64,000 nt of DNA, taken from the IMG/VR virus record IMGVR_UViG_3300032431_000007, positions 1,506-65,505 of that record, one strand, 5' to 3'. Positions 30,766 through 39,128 of this stretch are shown one piece after another. Position 1 is the first letter of the stretch, and each line of letters begins with the position of its first letter. The stretch is from a virus (Duplodnaviria > Caudoviricetes). The notes under the pieces were generated by a model. The model saw only the letters and a program-made list of their open reading frames with translations, did no database searches and had not been told where the DNA came from. The position numbers were made by a program, and so were the translations under genes.

Positions 30766-33270
30766 CTACAGGCTAGGGATAACACCCGCACGACTGATAC
30801 GAACAACAACATCTACATCGGTGGCCAAGCCAGCACTCGCCGTATAGATAAGAACGGCGAAACTGATAAGGCCGTAGGCTCCGGTTTTACGAACAACCGG
30901 TGGAGTGCGAAGAACAAGCGCGTTCGGCCCCGCGTATTCAATGTCTTCGATAGTCAGCTTGTCTGTTCCGTTTGGCGCAATCCTATTGCTCCTGAACGTT
31001 CTGACAGTCAGATCTGGTTCCGCGACCCTTAGTTCGACAGAGAAGCCCCGGATACCCGCGATAGGTAGGTTGTTCCGGCGCAGAACCTCGACTACGGCTA
31101 CGCCCTCGTAGTAGTCGCCCACGGCGAGACTGCCGGGTAGAGTAGCAGGGGTGACCGCTTCCACGCCGCGCGTGTTAGCATTGTTCAGCAGAGAAAGGTC
31201 GCAGTCAAACCGAAGTTCGATTGCCGTATCATCCCCGGCTCCGACTTTTGCAACCGTCAAATCACCTTGGGGAGTTGCCGGGGCAATTCCTGACCAAGAC
31301 GAAGTTGCGCCCGCGCTGGTTGTGGTTGTTACGGTCCACCCATCCGGAACAATGTTGGGGAGGGTGTTTACGTTTTGACCGTTGATCGTAAACGTCCCGT
31401 TGGAGACGGCATTCCCCGAACGGGCTAGAGTGCCGCCCGTCCCGGTCATCAGAGCATTGGTGTTGAACGTGACAGGACCGCCAGTCCCCGGAAGCCCTTG
31501 CACAATCCCCGGGAAGTATAGGTCGAGCGCGGTGCGGTAGAACGACGCGAGCAGCCGAACGCCTGCACTCGCAGACAGGTGCAAGCCATCGTAAACTAGA
31601 CTGTCGAGAATGTCGTTCTCGCTGACGGTTCCGATCACTCTTGTCGGATCGTAGAAGGCGGCTCTTGGGTCGATCACACGAACCAGTCCGTTAAGGCTCG
31701 GCTCGGCTGCGAGCGAACTTACGAGAAGCGCGTTGAAGGCGTTGACCCATGTGATTCTCTGATCTGGAACGATCGCGTATCTCGGTCCCGGCGGAACCGC
31801 GAGATGGTTGGTTTGGTTGAACGCGTTCGCCGTGTTTCCTCTTGGCAGAACAGTTGACAGGAAGATGGGAACGTTAAAGGCGAGAATGATCTCTCTGCAA
31901 ATCTTCACAACGTTGGCATAAGATGCAGCAGGCGAGAAGGTTGTCACGCCGTCATTGGTTCCGGCCTGAAAGATAAACGCATCTGGACGAAGAGCAACAG
32001 GTATTGCTGCAAATCTTGCCAAGAAGTTGGCCAAGTAGAAAGGCGAGTTATCCGGAGGAGCCTGACGAGCGAACTGGCCTGTGTTGAACCCACCGATACC
32101 GTGGTTGATCTGGTACGGCATACTGTATTTTCCACGGGACAGCCCCTCGAGCCAAGGCGAGAAACCCCACGAAACCCCACCTACGGGAGTAGTCAAGTTT
32201 GTCGGCCAGTTTTCCAGCTGCGGGTCCATCGGAGGAGCGCCGGTAATGTCTTGGCATCGCTGAGCGAAGCTGTCTCCATAGATACCGATCCGAAGCGGGG
32301 CGGGAAGAATGACAACAGACGTGGTAGGAGTCGCTGTTCTAGCGGTTGACCACGGGCCGTTACCGATTGCGTTGACAGCGCGGACTTCGACGGAGGCCAA
32401 CGTGTTCGCCAGCACGTTGACGATACGCTGGCCCAATCCCAGCCCGACGAGAGTCTGCGGCGCACCTGCGCCCACCCGCCACTGTAGAGCCGTGAGAGGC
32501 GACGCACCGTCGAACGGTAGCCCGGTGAGAGTAAGCGCCAGTTGGTTCCCTGCCGGGCTCGGATTATCAACAAGCGACCAATCGGCAAGCTGGAAAGCGG
32601 ACGGAATCGTGGTCACAGTCGGTGTGGAAGCCGAGTTAACGTTCGCCGCGCTAACCACGTTGCTGGCCGTTATCCGAACGCGAATCGTATTGCTCACATC
32701 GGCCTGAACAAGAGTGTAAGTGCTCGCCGTAGCGCCCGCGATGTTTGCGACTCCCCGCTGCCACTGGTAAGCGTAGGTAATCGGATTCGTTCCAGTCCAA
32801 GTTCCGACCGTCGAAGTCAAAACCTGCCCGAGCTGCGGCACACCTGTTACTTGAGGAAGAACGGTATTGACCGGTAGAACCGCTGCCGGAACAATTCTCG
32901 TAACGATGGACGTTGCGTTCGGAAGTGTCGTGTTTGCGGCGGTGTAGGTCATAACGAGCGAACGAGCGCCGGATGCAGTCTTTGGAATAGTATAAGAGTT
33001 GCCGACCATGTTCGCGGTTACGTTAACCAAGTCGAGCGTCAAAACCCGCGTAACATTTGGGAAAGGAAAACCGTCCACAATAGGGGGCGTGTAGACGTAG
33101 AGCATATTGGCATCTTGGTCGGTCACAACGACGGAAGCTTGCACAAGAATAGAAGGCGCAACCGGCACATCTGGGTTGTTACCGCAGCACGCAACAGGGG
33201 CGGAGGCGATCGGGAGCGTTTCAATTGGCGCTGGAACGCAGGGAAGAGAACAGTGTAATTTACTCACCAT
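30766..33270 (-). CDS. virion appendage protein with Ig/FN3-like and SGNH hydrolase domains
   Basis: GDS, GGFNTG, AGTND and DGLH catalytic blocks; TYAYQWQR Ig-like repeat. Confidence 0.8.
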   Translation of the reverse strand: MVSKLHCSLPCVPAPIETLPIASAPVACCGNNPDVPVAPSILVQASVVVTDQDANMLYVYTPPIVDGFPFPNVTRVLTLDLVNVTANMVGNSYTIPKTASGARSLVMTYTAANTTLPNATSIVTRIVPAAVLPVNTVLPQVTGVPQLGQVLTSTVGTWTGTNPITYAYQWQRGVANIAGATASTYTLVQADVSNTIRVRITASNVVSAANVNSASTPTVTTIPSAFQLADWSLVDNPSPAGNQLALTLTGLPFDGASPLTALQWRVGAGAPQTLVGLGLGQRIVNVLANTLASVEVRAVNAIGNGPWSTARTATPTTSVVILPAPLRIGIYGDSFAQRCQDITGAPPMDPQLENWPTNLTTPVGGVSWGFSPWLEGLSRGKYSMPYQINHGIGGFNTGQFARQAPPDNSPFYLANFLARFAAIPVALRPDAFIFQAGTNDGVTTFSPAASYANVVKICREIILAFNVPIFLSTVLPRGNTANAFNQTNHLAVPPGPRYAIVPDQRITWVNAFNALLVSSLAAEPSLNGLVRVIDPRAAFYDPTRVIGTVSENDILDSLVYDGLHLSASAGVRLLASFYRTALDLYFPGIVQGLPGTGGPVTFNTNALMTGTGGTLARSGNAVSNGTFTINGQNVNTLPNIVPDGWTVTTTTSAGATSSWSGIAPATPQGDLTVAKVGAGDDTAIELRFDCDLSLLNNANTRGVEAVTPATLPGSLAVGDYYEGVAVVEVLRRNNLPIAGIRGFSVELRVAEPDLTVRTFRSNRIAPNGTDKLTIEDIEYAGPNALVLRTPPVVRKTGAYGLISFAVLIYTASAGLATDVDVVVRISRAGVIPSL

Positions 33271-33279
33271 CGGAGTCTC

Positions 33280-33489
33280 CTACGTCGCTGTTGCGTCGAT
33301 TTGCTTGGTGTTCGCGGAGCCGGAGGCGTAAGAAACTTTGCCGCCACCCATAAAGAAGAGCGCGTTGTAATTACCGGGGACGGTGGCCAGCTTTTCCAAA
33401 ACCACTTTCCACTCTTCTTGCGTCAAGTCAGCCGGGGCGCGGCGCGCGTAATAGCCGTCAAGCCACGCGCAAAACTGATCGAGTTTCAT
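33280..33489 (-). CDS. hypothetical protein
   Basis: QFCAWLDGY…EEWKVVLEKL, a recurrent small phage protein pattern. Confidence 0.6.
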   Translation of the reverse strand: MKLDQFCAWLDGYYARRAPADLTQEEWKVVLEKLATVPGNYNALFFMGGGKVSYASGSANTKQIDATAT

Positions 33490-33578
33490 CTGCGATTCCC
33501 ATGTAAAAGGTTTGAGGAAGGAGGCTCGGGCATCAAGCGCTCCTCCCTCTAGGACAGTGGTGCGGCGCAGTCCAAGGA

Positions 33579-34058
33579 CTAAACTTCGTCGCTCTCGGCT
33601 GTCTTTTCGTCGGGGTTCAAGAACGTCCCCGATGCAATAGGCGTGATATTGAAGGCGACCGGCGGTGCGCCCACAATACCACCCAATTCTGTTTTCTCGG
33701 CGAGGCCGAGATCGCGCGAGATGATCGTTGAATTCAACGTCCCAGCAGCGGCATTTTCGAACTTCTGGTTGTAGATGGCCTGCTCAACAAGCTCCATCAC
33801 CTCAGCCCAATCGTCCCCGAGCAGCTTGTAGCCTTCCATGCGCGAAGCCGGAATCGACAAGTGCTGCGCAAGGCCGGATTTCGTAAACGCACGAACTTTT
33901 GACTTGTCAGCGCGAACGATCCCGCCCTTATACTGAAAAACCTGCTCATCTTGTATCGGGGTATCAACGCACCACTCGAAATAGCCAACGCAGGCATCAA
34001 GGAAGTCTTGTGCTGTCAGGAAGACGCGCTTCGCTTTGATGGTCAAGTGCTTATACAT
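33579..34058 (-). CDS. terS: terminase small subunit (P22 gp3-like)
   Basis: YFEWC…RAFTKSGL…QKFENAAAG…IISRDLGL. Confidence 0.85.
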   Translation of the reverse strand: MYKHLTIKAKRVFLTAQDFLDACVGYFEWCVDTPIQDEQVFQYKGGIVRADKSKVRAFTKSGLAQHLSIPASRMEGYKLLGDDWAEVMELVEQAIYNQKFENAAAGTLNSTIISRDLGLAEKTELGGIVGAPPVAFNITPIASGTFLNPDEKTAESDEV

Positions 34059-34149
34059 GAATTATCCATAGCGCCGCAGCGGGCTTGCCCACCGGGCACG
34101 ACATCGCGGGTGCGATTCCCGGACAGCTAAGCAGACGGAAGCCCGCCTG

Positions 34150-34566
34150 TCAAGATAAAAGTGACAGCGGGTGCTGGATATATTGCGTCCCTATGCGGAC
34201 ACGGGCATCTTCACCCTTAACTTTGACGACTAGCCCGATCAAACCCTTGAACGGACCAGCCCTAACTTGAACAACGCTGCCCGTTCGCGGTGGAAGCCGA
34301 GGCAGTTCATTCAGCATCGTTTGCAATAGCTTCAACTCTTCAATGTCAACCGTTTTAGGCCGGTCAGCCGCATCGTAGGCCAGCACACGAACCCTGAATT
34401 TTTCCGGGCAGACCCTCCGCATCGCTGGCCACCGGTTTGGTGGAATAAAAGCGTAGCCGGGCATCATGGCCCGACCTTCCTTAATCGGAACCCAAACCTT
34501 ATACTGTTCGCCCCAACAGAATAACTCATACGGATAAGCGCATGTAAGAACTATCATGTCTGCCAA
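34150..34566 (-). CDS. NusG-family (NGN + KOW) transcription factor
   Basis: MPGYAF NGN motif; GSVVQVRAGPFKGLIG KOW motif. Confidence 0.8.
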   Translation of the reverse strand: MADMIVLTCAYPYELFCWGEQYKVWVPIKEGRAMMPGYAFIPPNRWPAMRRVCPEKFRVRVLAYDAADRPKTVDIEELKLLQTMLNELPRLPPRTGSVVQVRAGPFKGLIGLVVKVKGEDARVRIGTQYIQHPLSLLS

Positions 34567-34886
34567 GGCGCCTTGACTGTGAATTCCAGCGGTTGAATTT
34601 TGACGACAGGCCGCTGAGCAACGGACGCAACAACAGGCTTACGAGCCTCTAGCGGTTGGTACTTCTTCTTGGCGCCCGGCGGCGGGAACGTAATCTGAAC
34701 GCCGGTAGGCGAGTGGATCAGACACAAATCTTTCAGGTCGGTGATGTCGTACCACTTCGGGATTGCAACGATAACCCAACCGTTATTTGGTTCGAGTGTC
34801 GTGTAAGCGTGACCGACCCGCTCATCCAGCTTAAGAAGATCAATCGCGGCTTGGGCTTCGTCTCTAGTTGGATAGTAGAACATCAT
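34554..34886 (-). CDS. hypothetical protein
   Basis: ATGA overlap with the upstream gene. Confidence 0.55.
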   Translation of the reverse strand: MMFYYPTRDEAQAAIDLLKLDERVGHAYTTLEPNNGWVIVAIPKWYDITDLKDLCLIHSPTGVQITFPPPGAKKKYQPLEARKPVVASVAQRPVVKIQPLEFTVKAPWQT

Positions 34887-35065
34887 TGGCCACCGGCTGC
34901 GAAGTAGATGACGGCAAGAATCACAAACGGCCACAGGAATATGCTGCTCCCGATATCACGCATAGCAAACACGGGGTAGAGTATATACCTGACAATCAGG
35001 AATAGAGCAGCAAGAACCAGCAGCTTGGTAAAGAAGCCGCCGCCTCCAACGGGGATATAAAACAT
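34883..35065 (-). CDS. small two-TM membrane protein
   Basis: AAGGA RBS; hydrophobic sequence. Confidence 0.55.
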   Translation of the reverse strand: MFYIPVGGGGFFTKLLVLAALFLIVRYILYPVFAMRDIGSSIFLWPFVILAVIYFAAGGQ

Positions 35066-35081
35066 ATCTAGTTCCTTTCTT

Positions 35082-35351
35082 TTATTCGCCGTGGTACTGC
35101 CACAGCACAGCGTTGCAGTAAGCATGAACGGCACCGATGGTTAAGCCTGTCTTGTGGCTATGATGCAAGTGGACGGGGTTCTTCAAAAACCCCGGCGGAA
35201 ACTTACTCCACACTATCTTTTTGTTTTGCACAGGGGTCTCGTATACACCGATTCCACAGTGACAGCATTTCCCAGCTTGGGAAGCTACATAAGCGTTACG
35301 AACCCTACGCCGCTCTTCCGGAGTTAGACTGTCGTATAAAACGGGTTGCAC
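35082..35351 (-). CDS. endonuclease VII-like / HNH Zn-finger protein
   Basis: QAGKCCHC…VHLHHSHKTG…GAVHAYCN. Confidence 0.75.
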   Translation of the reverse strand: MQPVLYDSLTPEERRRVRNAYVASQAGKCCHCGIGVYETPVQNKKIVWSKFPPGFLKNPVHLHHSHKTGLTIGAVHAYCNAVLWQYHGE

Positions 35352-35378
35352 CTTGTTTCTCCTTGTTGCCCTGTCACT

Positions 35379-35420
35379 ACCTTAACAGCCCTTGCACCCG
35401 GTGTCAAGACGTGCTAGGAT
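35379..35420. promoter_or_regulatory. overlapping divergent sigma70-type promoters
   Basis: (+) TTGCAC-17-TAGGAT at 35392-35420; (-) TTGACA-17-TAAGGT at 35407-35379. Confidence 0.6.
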
Positions 35421-35446
35421 AGGGCAGGCAGCAGGGATAAACCAGA

Positions 35447-35863
35447 ATGACGTTTGGTGCGAAGCAGAAGGGAGCTAACGGCGAACGTGAGCTTGCCGTA
35501 CTTTTGATGGTATGGGCACGAGAGATCGGTGTCGAGTTGGACTTACTGCGCAATCTAGAGCAGGTCCGTTCCGGTGGCCACGACCTAATCGGTCTTCCAG
35601 GGTTGGCCACCGAATGTAAGCGGGTTGAAGGCTTAGCCGTGGCCGAGTGGTGGCGTCAAACCGTCTCACAAGCCGAGCGAGCAGGCGCGCGCCCCTTTCT
35701 ATGCTACAGACAGAACCGTAAGCGGTGGAAATTCGTAACTAAGACATGGGTGTGGCCGGCCTCCGTTTGTGAGATCGTCGTCACAATGGACGAACCAGAA
35801 GCCCGGCTTTGGTTTCACGGCCATTTAATCAACGAAGAACGCAAAAGAATCGAAGGCGGATAA
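35447..35863 (+). CDS. Holliday junction resolvase-like PD-(D/E)xK nuclease
   Basis: KQKGANGERE…GGHDL…ECKR. Confidence 0.8.
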   Translation: MTFGAKQKGANGERELAVLLMVWAREIGVELDLLRNLEQVRSGGHDLIGLPGLATECKRVEGLAVAEWWRQTVSQAERAGARPFLCYRQNRKRWKFVTKTWVWPASVCEIVVTMDEPEARLWFHGHLINEERKRIEGG

Positions 35864-36346
35864 TTCGGCGTTTACAGGCGTTTTACCTATGCTTTCAGTC
35901 ATAATTGACTAGAATCCGGCGATTATGGCCAAAATTCTAAAAACGCTAAATCCAGATATTTGATATTTTGAAATCCAGAGTTTTGAAATGTTTAAGTCAG
36001 GCTTGACTAGAGCCCTGTTTATTCTAGAAGTGAGTTATTTTTGAAAATATAAAATGTTGCAAGAGGCCATGCCGCCCGCGTTTTTCGACACCCCGCCTCA
36101 CAAAATTGCCCCGGCACCCCTGAATTCGTAATTTTATTGCGCGCAGCATTTTTGCAACGGTTCGTGGCCTTTCTGCAACTGTGATCTTTTTGCCGACTCG
36201 AATGATCGGCGGCGTTCGACATATTTGCAACGTGTTCTTTTTGCCACAGTTCGTGGCAATTCAGCAACGCGACAAATATACCACGGTTCGTGGCATATCG
36301 GTAACGTGTTATTTCGGTAACAGTCACCACGTAATTTTCTTGCGTT

Positions 36347-36422
36347 GTTATCTGATAACAAATCTCTGTTATCTGATAACCGTCCGGTGTTATCTGATAA
36401 CCGTCTTCGGTTATCTGATAAC
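36347..36422. repeat. four phased palindromes GTTATC-T-GATAAC with 21-bp period
   Basis: Copies start at 36347, 36368, 36389 and 36410. Confidence 0.95.
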
Positions 36423-36780
36423 CATGCGCTGACGTCATGGCTCCCATGCACGGCACGCCACAGCGTCCAGCGCGTACCTAATCCGTTCTAAAACGTTTTA
36501 GCTATGCGTCCGGCGCCGCTACCGCTGGCAACGCATAGGCGGGTCGCTGACGGGCCGGTTGCCGGGCCGTCACTCGGACCCGTAAAAACCCGACTTGCCA
36601 GTTGCACATTTTTTAGGCAAACGACTCCCAAAAGGCAAACAGATATTTTTGATCTAAACGACAAACTAGATGATTTTGACCTTGTAACCGGGCCGGATAA
36701 GTTTACTTAGGATGCATGGGCAGTGCGATAGCTTTGTCCAAAACCCGGCCAAACTGGCCACAACCAAGGATCAAGACAAG

Positions 36781-37443
36781 ATGACACGCAAGACAACCAA
36801 TCCCGCCGACACGCTGGCCACGCTGGCCGATGACACGCTGGCCACGCTGGCCACAATGGCGACCGATCCGGCAACCGATCTGGCAACCGATGACGTGACC
36901 GATCCGGTGGCCGATGACGTGACCGGCGACGATGACGTGACCGGCGACGATGCAACCGGCGACGATGCAACCGATCCGGTGGCCGATGACGTGCTGCCGA
37001 TTATCCCGCCCGTACCGCAAGACTTGACCGATACAGTCGCGGTCAAGGCATACATCGCGGCAGTCAAGGCACGGGCCGATATGGTCAAGGCGATTGCCAA
37101 ACGTGACCGGGACAATGCGGCAGCGCTGGCCAAGCTTGCCCAGCAAGCCCGGCGTGACGCTGGCCGGGGCAATGGCTTGCTTGCTGCACTGGCCAAGGCG
37201 CAAGCTGCCGATGCAAAAGTGCAAGCCGATGCAACCGCCCTGCGCGATGCAATCCCGGTCTTTGCCGGGCTGTTTGACGCTGCCGGTGGCAATCTGCCGC
37301 GCGGTACTTGCAAGGCGTTGCGGATCGTTGCGCATGATTTTGTCGCGCTGGGCTTGTCGCGCGGTCTGTTTGTCAAAGCTGCCGCGATGTCGGGGATTGA
37401 TACGACGACTGCCGGTTGCCAATGGGCAGCATCCGGCGTCTGA
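36781..37443 (+). CDS. early protein with Asp/Thr repeat N-terminus, Ala-rich helix and SGIxxxTxxxQW C-terminal domain; contains no Glu
   Basis: AAGGA RBS; DDVTG/ATDP repeats; C-terminus similar to 60006-60680. Confidence 0.75.
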   Translation: MTRKTTNPADTLATLADDTLATLATMATDPATDLATDDVTDPVADDVTGDDDVTGDDATGDDATDPVADDVLPIIPPVPQDLTDTVAVKAYIAAVKARADMVKAIAKRDRDNAAALAKLAQQARRDAGRGNGLLAALAKAQAADAKVQADATALRDAIPVFAGLFDAAGGNLPRGTCKALRIVAHDFVALGLSRGLFVKAAAMSGIDTTTAGCQWAASGV

Positions 37444-37453
37444 TTGCAGGTAG

Positions 37454-37477
37454 CAGGCTGGCCGATAGGCCAGCCTG
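37454..37477 (+). terminator. intergenic stem-loop
   Basis: CAGGCTGGCC-GATA-GGCCAGCCTG; no U-tract. Confidence 0.5.
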
Positions 37478-37510
37478 TCAACGTGCAATCCCGCGCGCCA
37501 AGGATATACA

Positions 37511-37825
37511 ATGCCTGATCCCCTACTGTTTGCGTTTAACACGATTGATCCCGCAACCGTTGCAAGTAGGATTGCAGATCGGTTTAGCGCTGATCCAAAT
37601 GGCAATTGCGACTGCGCGCAATTGGTGCGCCGCATGGTAACGGATCATTTGTTTGACGATGATGTAAACTGCAATCTGCATTTGTCAGACAATGGCGCCG
37701 CATTGTATCGCCAAACGTTTTTGACGTTTGACGATATCAAAGATTATTTGGTCAATACATATCGGCCAGATATGGGCAATGCCGATATCGCCGGGCCGGT
37801 TATGGTTGCGGTATTGTGCGTCTGA
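37511..37825 (+). CDS. early hypothetical protein, contains no Glu
   Basis: AAGGA RBS; 104 aa, Asp-rich. Confidence 0.7.
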   Translation: MPDPLLFAFNTIDPATVASRIADRFSADPNGNCDCAQLVRRMVTDHLFDDDVNCNLHLSDNGAALYRQTFLTFDDIKDYLVNTYRPDMGNADIAGPVMVAVLCV

Positions 37826-37849
37826 TTGCATCCCCTTGTCAGACTATCC

Positions 37850-37872
37850 AAGGCGCACCAATGGTGCGCCTT
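37850..37872 (+). terminator. stem-loop closing the GAR-free cassette
   Basis: AAGGCGCACC-AAT-GGTGCGCCTT. Confidence 0.5.
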
Positions 37873-37883
37873 AAGTCGTTTGG

Positions 37884-38264
37884 GCTGGCCGGTTGCCGCT
37901 GGCCGGTTGCCGGTTGTTCTGGCCGGTTGCTGGCCGGTTGCCGGTGGCCGGGCTGGATCGGTGGCCGGTGGCCGGTTGCTGGCCGGGCTTGCCGGTTGCT
38001 GGGCTTGCTGGCCGGATCGGATCGGATCGGATCGGATCGTTCGACAGGATTGTCAGACAATCTTGTTCGGCAGGATCGTCAGACGATTGCGTTCGGCACA
38101 ACCGTTCGGCAGGATCGTTCGGCAGGATCGGTGCCGGTTGCCGGGCCGGTGCCGGGCCGGTGCCGGATCGGTTGCCGCTGCCGCTGGCCGGTTGCTGGCC
38201 GGTTGCTGGCCGGGCCGGGCTTGTCCTTGTCCTTGTCCTTGTCCTTGTCCTTGTCCTTGTCCTT
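37884..38264. repeat. simple-repeat tract: many GCCGGT(T/G), (GGATC)5, (CTTGTC)7
   Basis: (GGATC)5 at 38014-38038; (CTTGTC)7 at 38220-38261. Confidence 0.9.
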
Positions 38265-38281
38265 AACAAAAGGTTCGATCA

Positions 38282-38458
38282 ATGCCACAAGTTCCGATAA
38301 CCATCGCGGCCCTGTCCTTGCTCGCTACGCTGGCCACCGTGTCCGGCGCCTTCGACCCGGCCCCGTCCTTCGACTGCCTGTCCTTGTCCTTCGAGTCCTA
38401 TCTGTCCTTGGATAAGTTCGAACGTGACGCCTGCGAAGTTTACCTCGAAACCCGCTAG
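38282..38458 (+). CDS. 58-aa putative exported peptide
   Basis: Not in the ORF track; MPQVPITIAALSLLATLATVSGA signal-like N-terminus; two Cys. Confidence 0.5.
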   Translation: MPQVPITIAALSLLATLATVSGAFDPAPSFDCLSLSFESYLSLDKFERDACEVYLETR

Positions 38459-38485
38459 TCCTAGCGCCAACAAAGGAATACCCTA

Positions 38486-38683
38486 ATGTCCACGAAAATG
38501 TATCGCGCACAGATCGTCGCGCACCACGACTTCGGCAATGTCCGTTACCAGTCGTTCCATCTGTCCTTGGACGGGGCTTGGAACGCCTGCGCGGCAGCGC
38601 TGGCCGAGGCGAAGGCCAAGGAAGAACCCGAATGGCACTATTACCTCGACCAGACCGTAACCCCGATGACATTGGAAGCGTGA
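38486..38683 (+). CDS. early hypothetical protein
   Basis: AAGGA RBS. Confidence 0.6.
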   Translation: MSTKMYRAQIVAHHDFGNVRYQSFHLSLDGAWNACAAALAEAKAKEEPEWHYYLDQTVTPMTLEA

Positions 38684-38684
38684 T

Positions 38685-38873
38685 ATGGAAACCCTGCACC
38701 AAGAACTTGACGGCATGACGACCTACTGGCTGAAAATGCCGCGCGGTCAGAACGAAATAGACTTTTTGAAGCGGATCTGCATGGTCGCTGATCTGACCGA
38801 ACTGACCATCCCGATGATCCAGACGGAAGGCTGGTCCTTGGACATGAAACTAGGCCGGTGCTGCGCCAGATAG
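38685..38873 (+). CDS. early hypothetical protein
   Basis: Coupled to the previous gene. Confidence 0.55.
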   Translation: METLHQELDGMTTYWLKMPRGQNEIDFLKRICMVADLTELTIPMIQTEGWSLDMKLGRCCAR

Positions 38874-38936
38874 GTCGAAACCGGCGCAAGCCGGTCCATC
38901 CGTTGAGCGGATGCTGACGAGACCAAGGAGACGGAA

Positions 38937-39128
38937 ATGAACCTTAAGGACTTTAAGCCCAAGCCGGTGCAAGGCTTGTATTCGTACGACCACTTCGAAG
39001 GTCCTGACGGGGCCTTTATCCAGAGCCATCATTCCGGCGACCATTGGGTGTTCCAAGCGCCGGACGGGTCGCGCAAGACGTTCTATCAGTTCGGGCCTCT
39101 GAAGGCCCATGTGGAGGCAATCCAATGA
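38937..39128 (+). CDS. early hypothetical protein
   Basis: AAGGAG RBS. Confidence 0.65.
   Translation: MNLKDFKPKPVQGLYSYDHFEGPDGAFIQSHHSGDHWVFQAPDGSRKTFYQFGPLKAHVEAIQ

Noticed and set aside
36347-36422. CRISPR array
   Set aside because: Repeats are 13 bp with 8-bp spacers, far too short, and there is no cas operon.
36019-36456. Minus-strand ORFs with YQIT/LSDN repeats
   Set aside because: The peptide repeats are just translations of the 21-bp palindrome array.
36703-37635. Long minus-strand ORFs (310 and 246 aa)
   Set aside because: Antisense shadows of the repeat-rich plus-strand gene, which has the RBS and the paralog.
36781-37825. Glu-free proteins explained only by evasion of tRNA-Glu cleavage or glutamate limitation
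   Set aside because: Does not explain the absence of TTC/CTC and out-of-frame GAA/GAG, or their absence from intergenic DNA.
36626-37918. Depletion explained by avoidance of CcrM (GANTC) or one 4-6 bp restriction site
   Set aside because: Avoiding such sites would remove only a small fraction of GAR trinucleotides.
37816-38415. Overlapping ORFs with (LS)n, (CP)n, (DK)n and (RT)n tracts
   Set aside because: These are stop-free frames produced by the simple repeats; no RBS and no protein-like composition.
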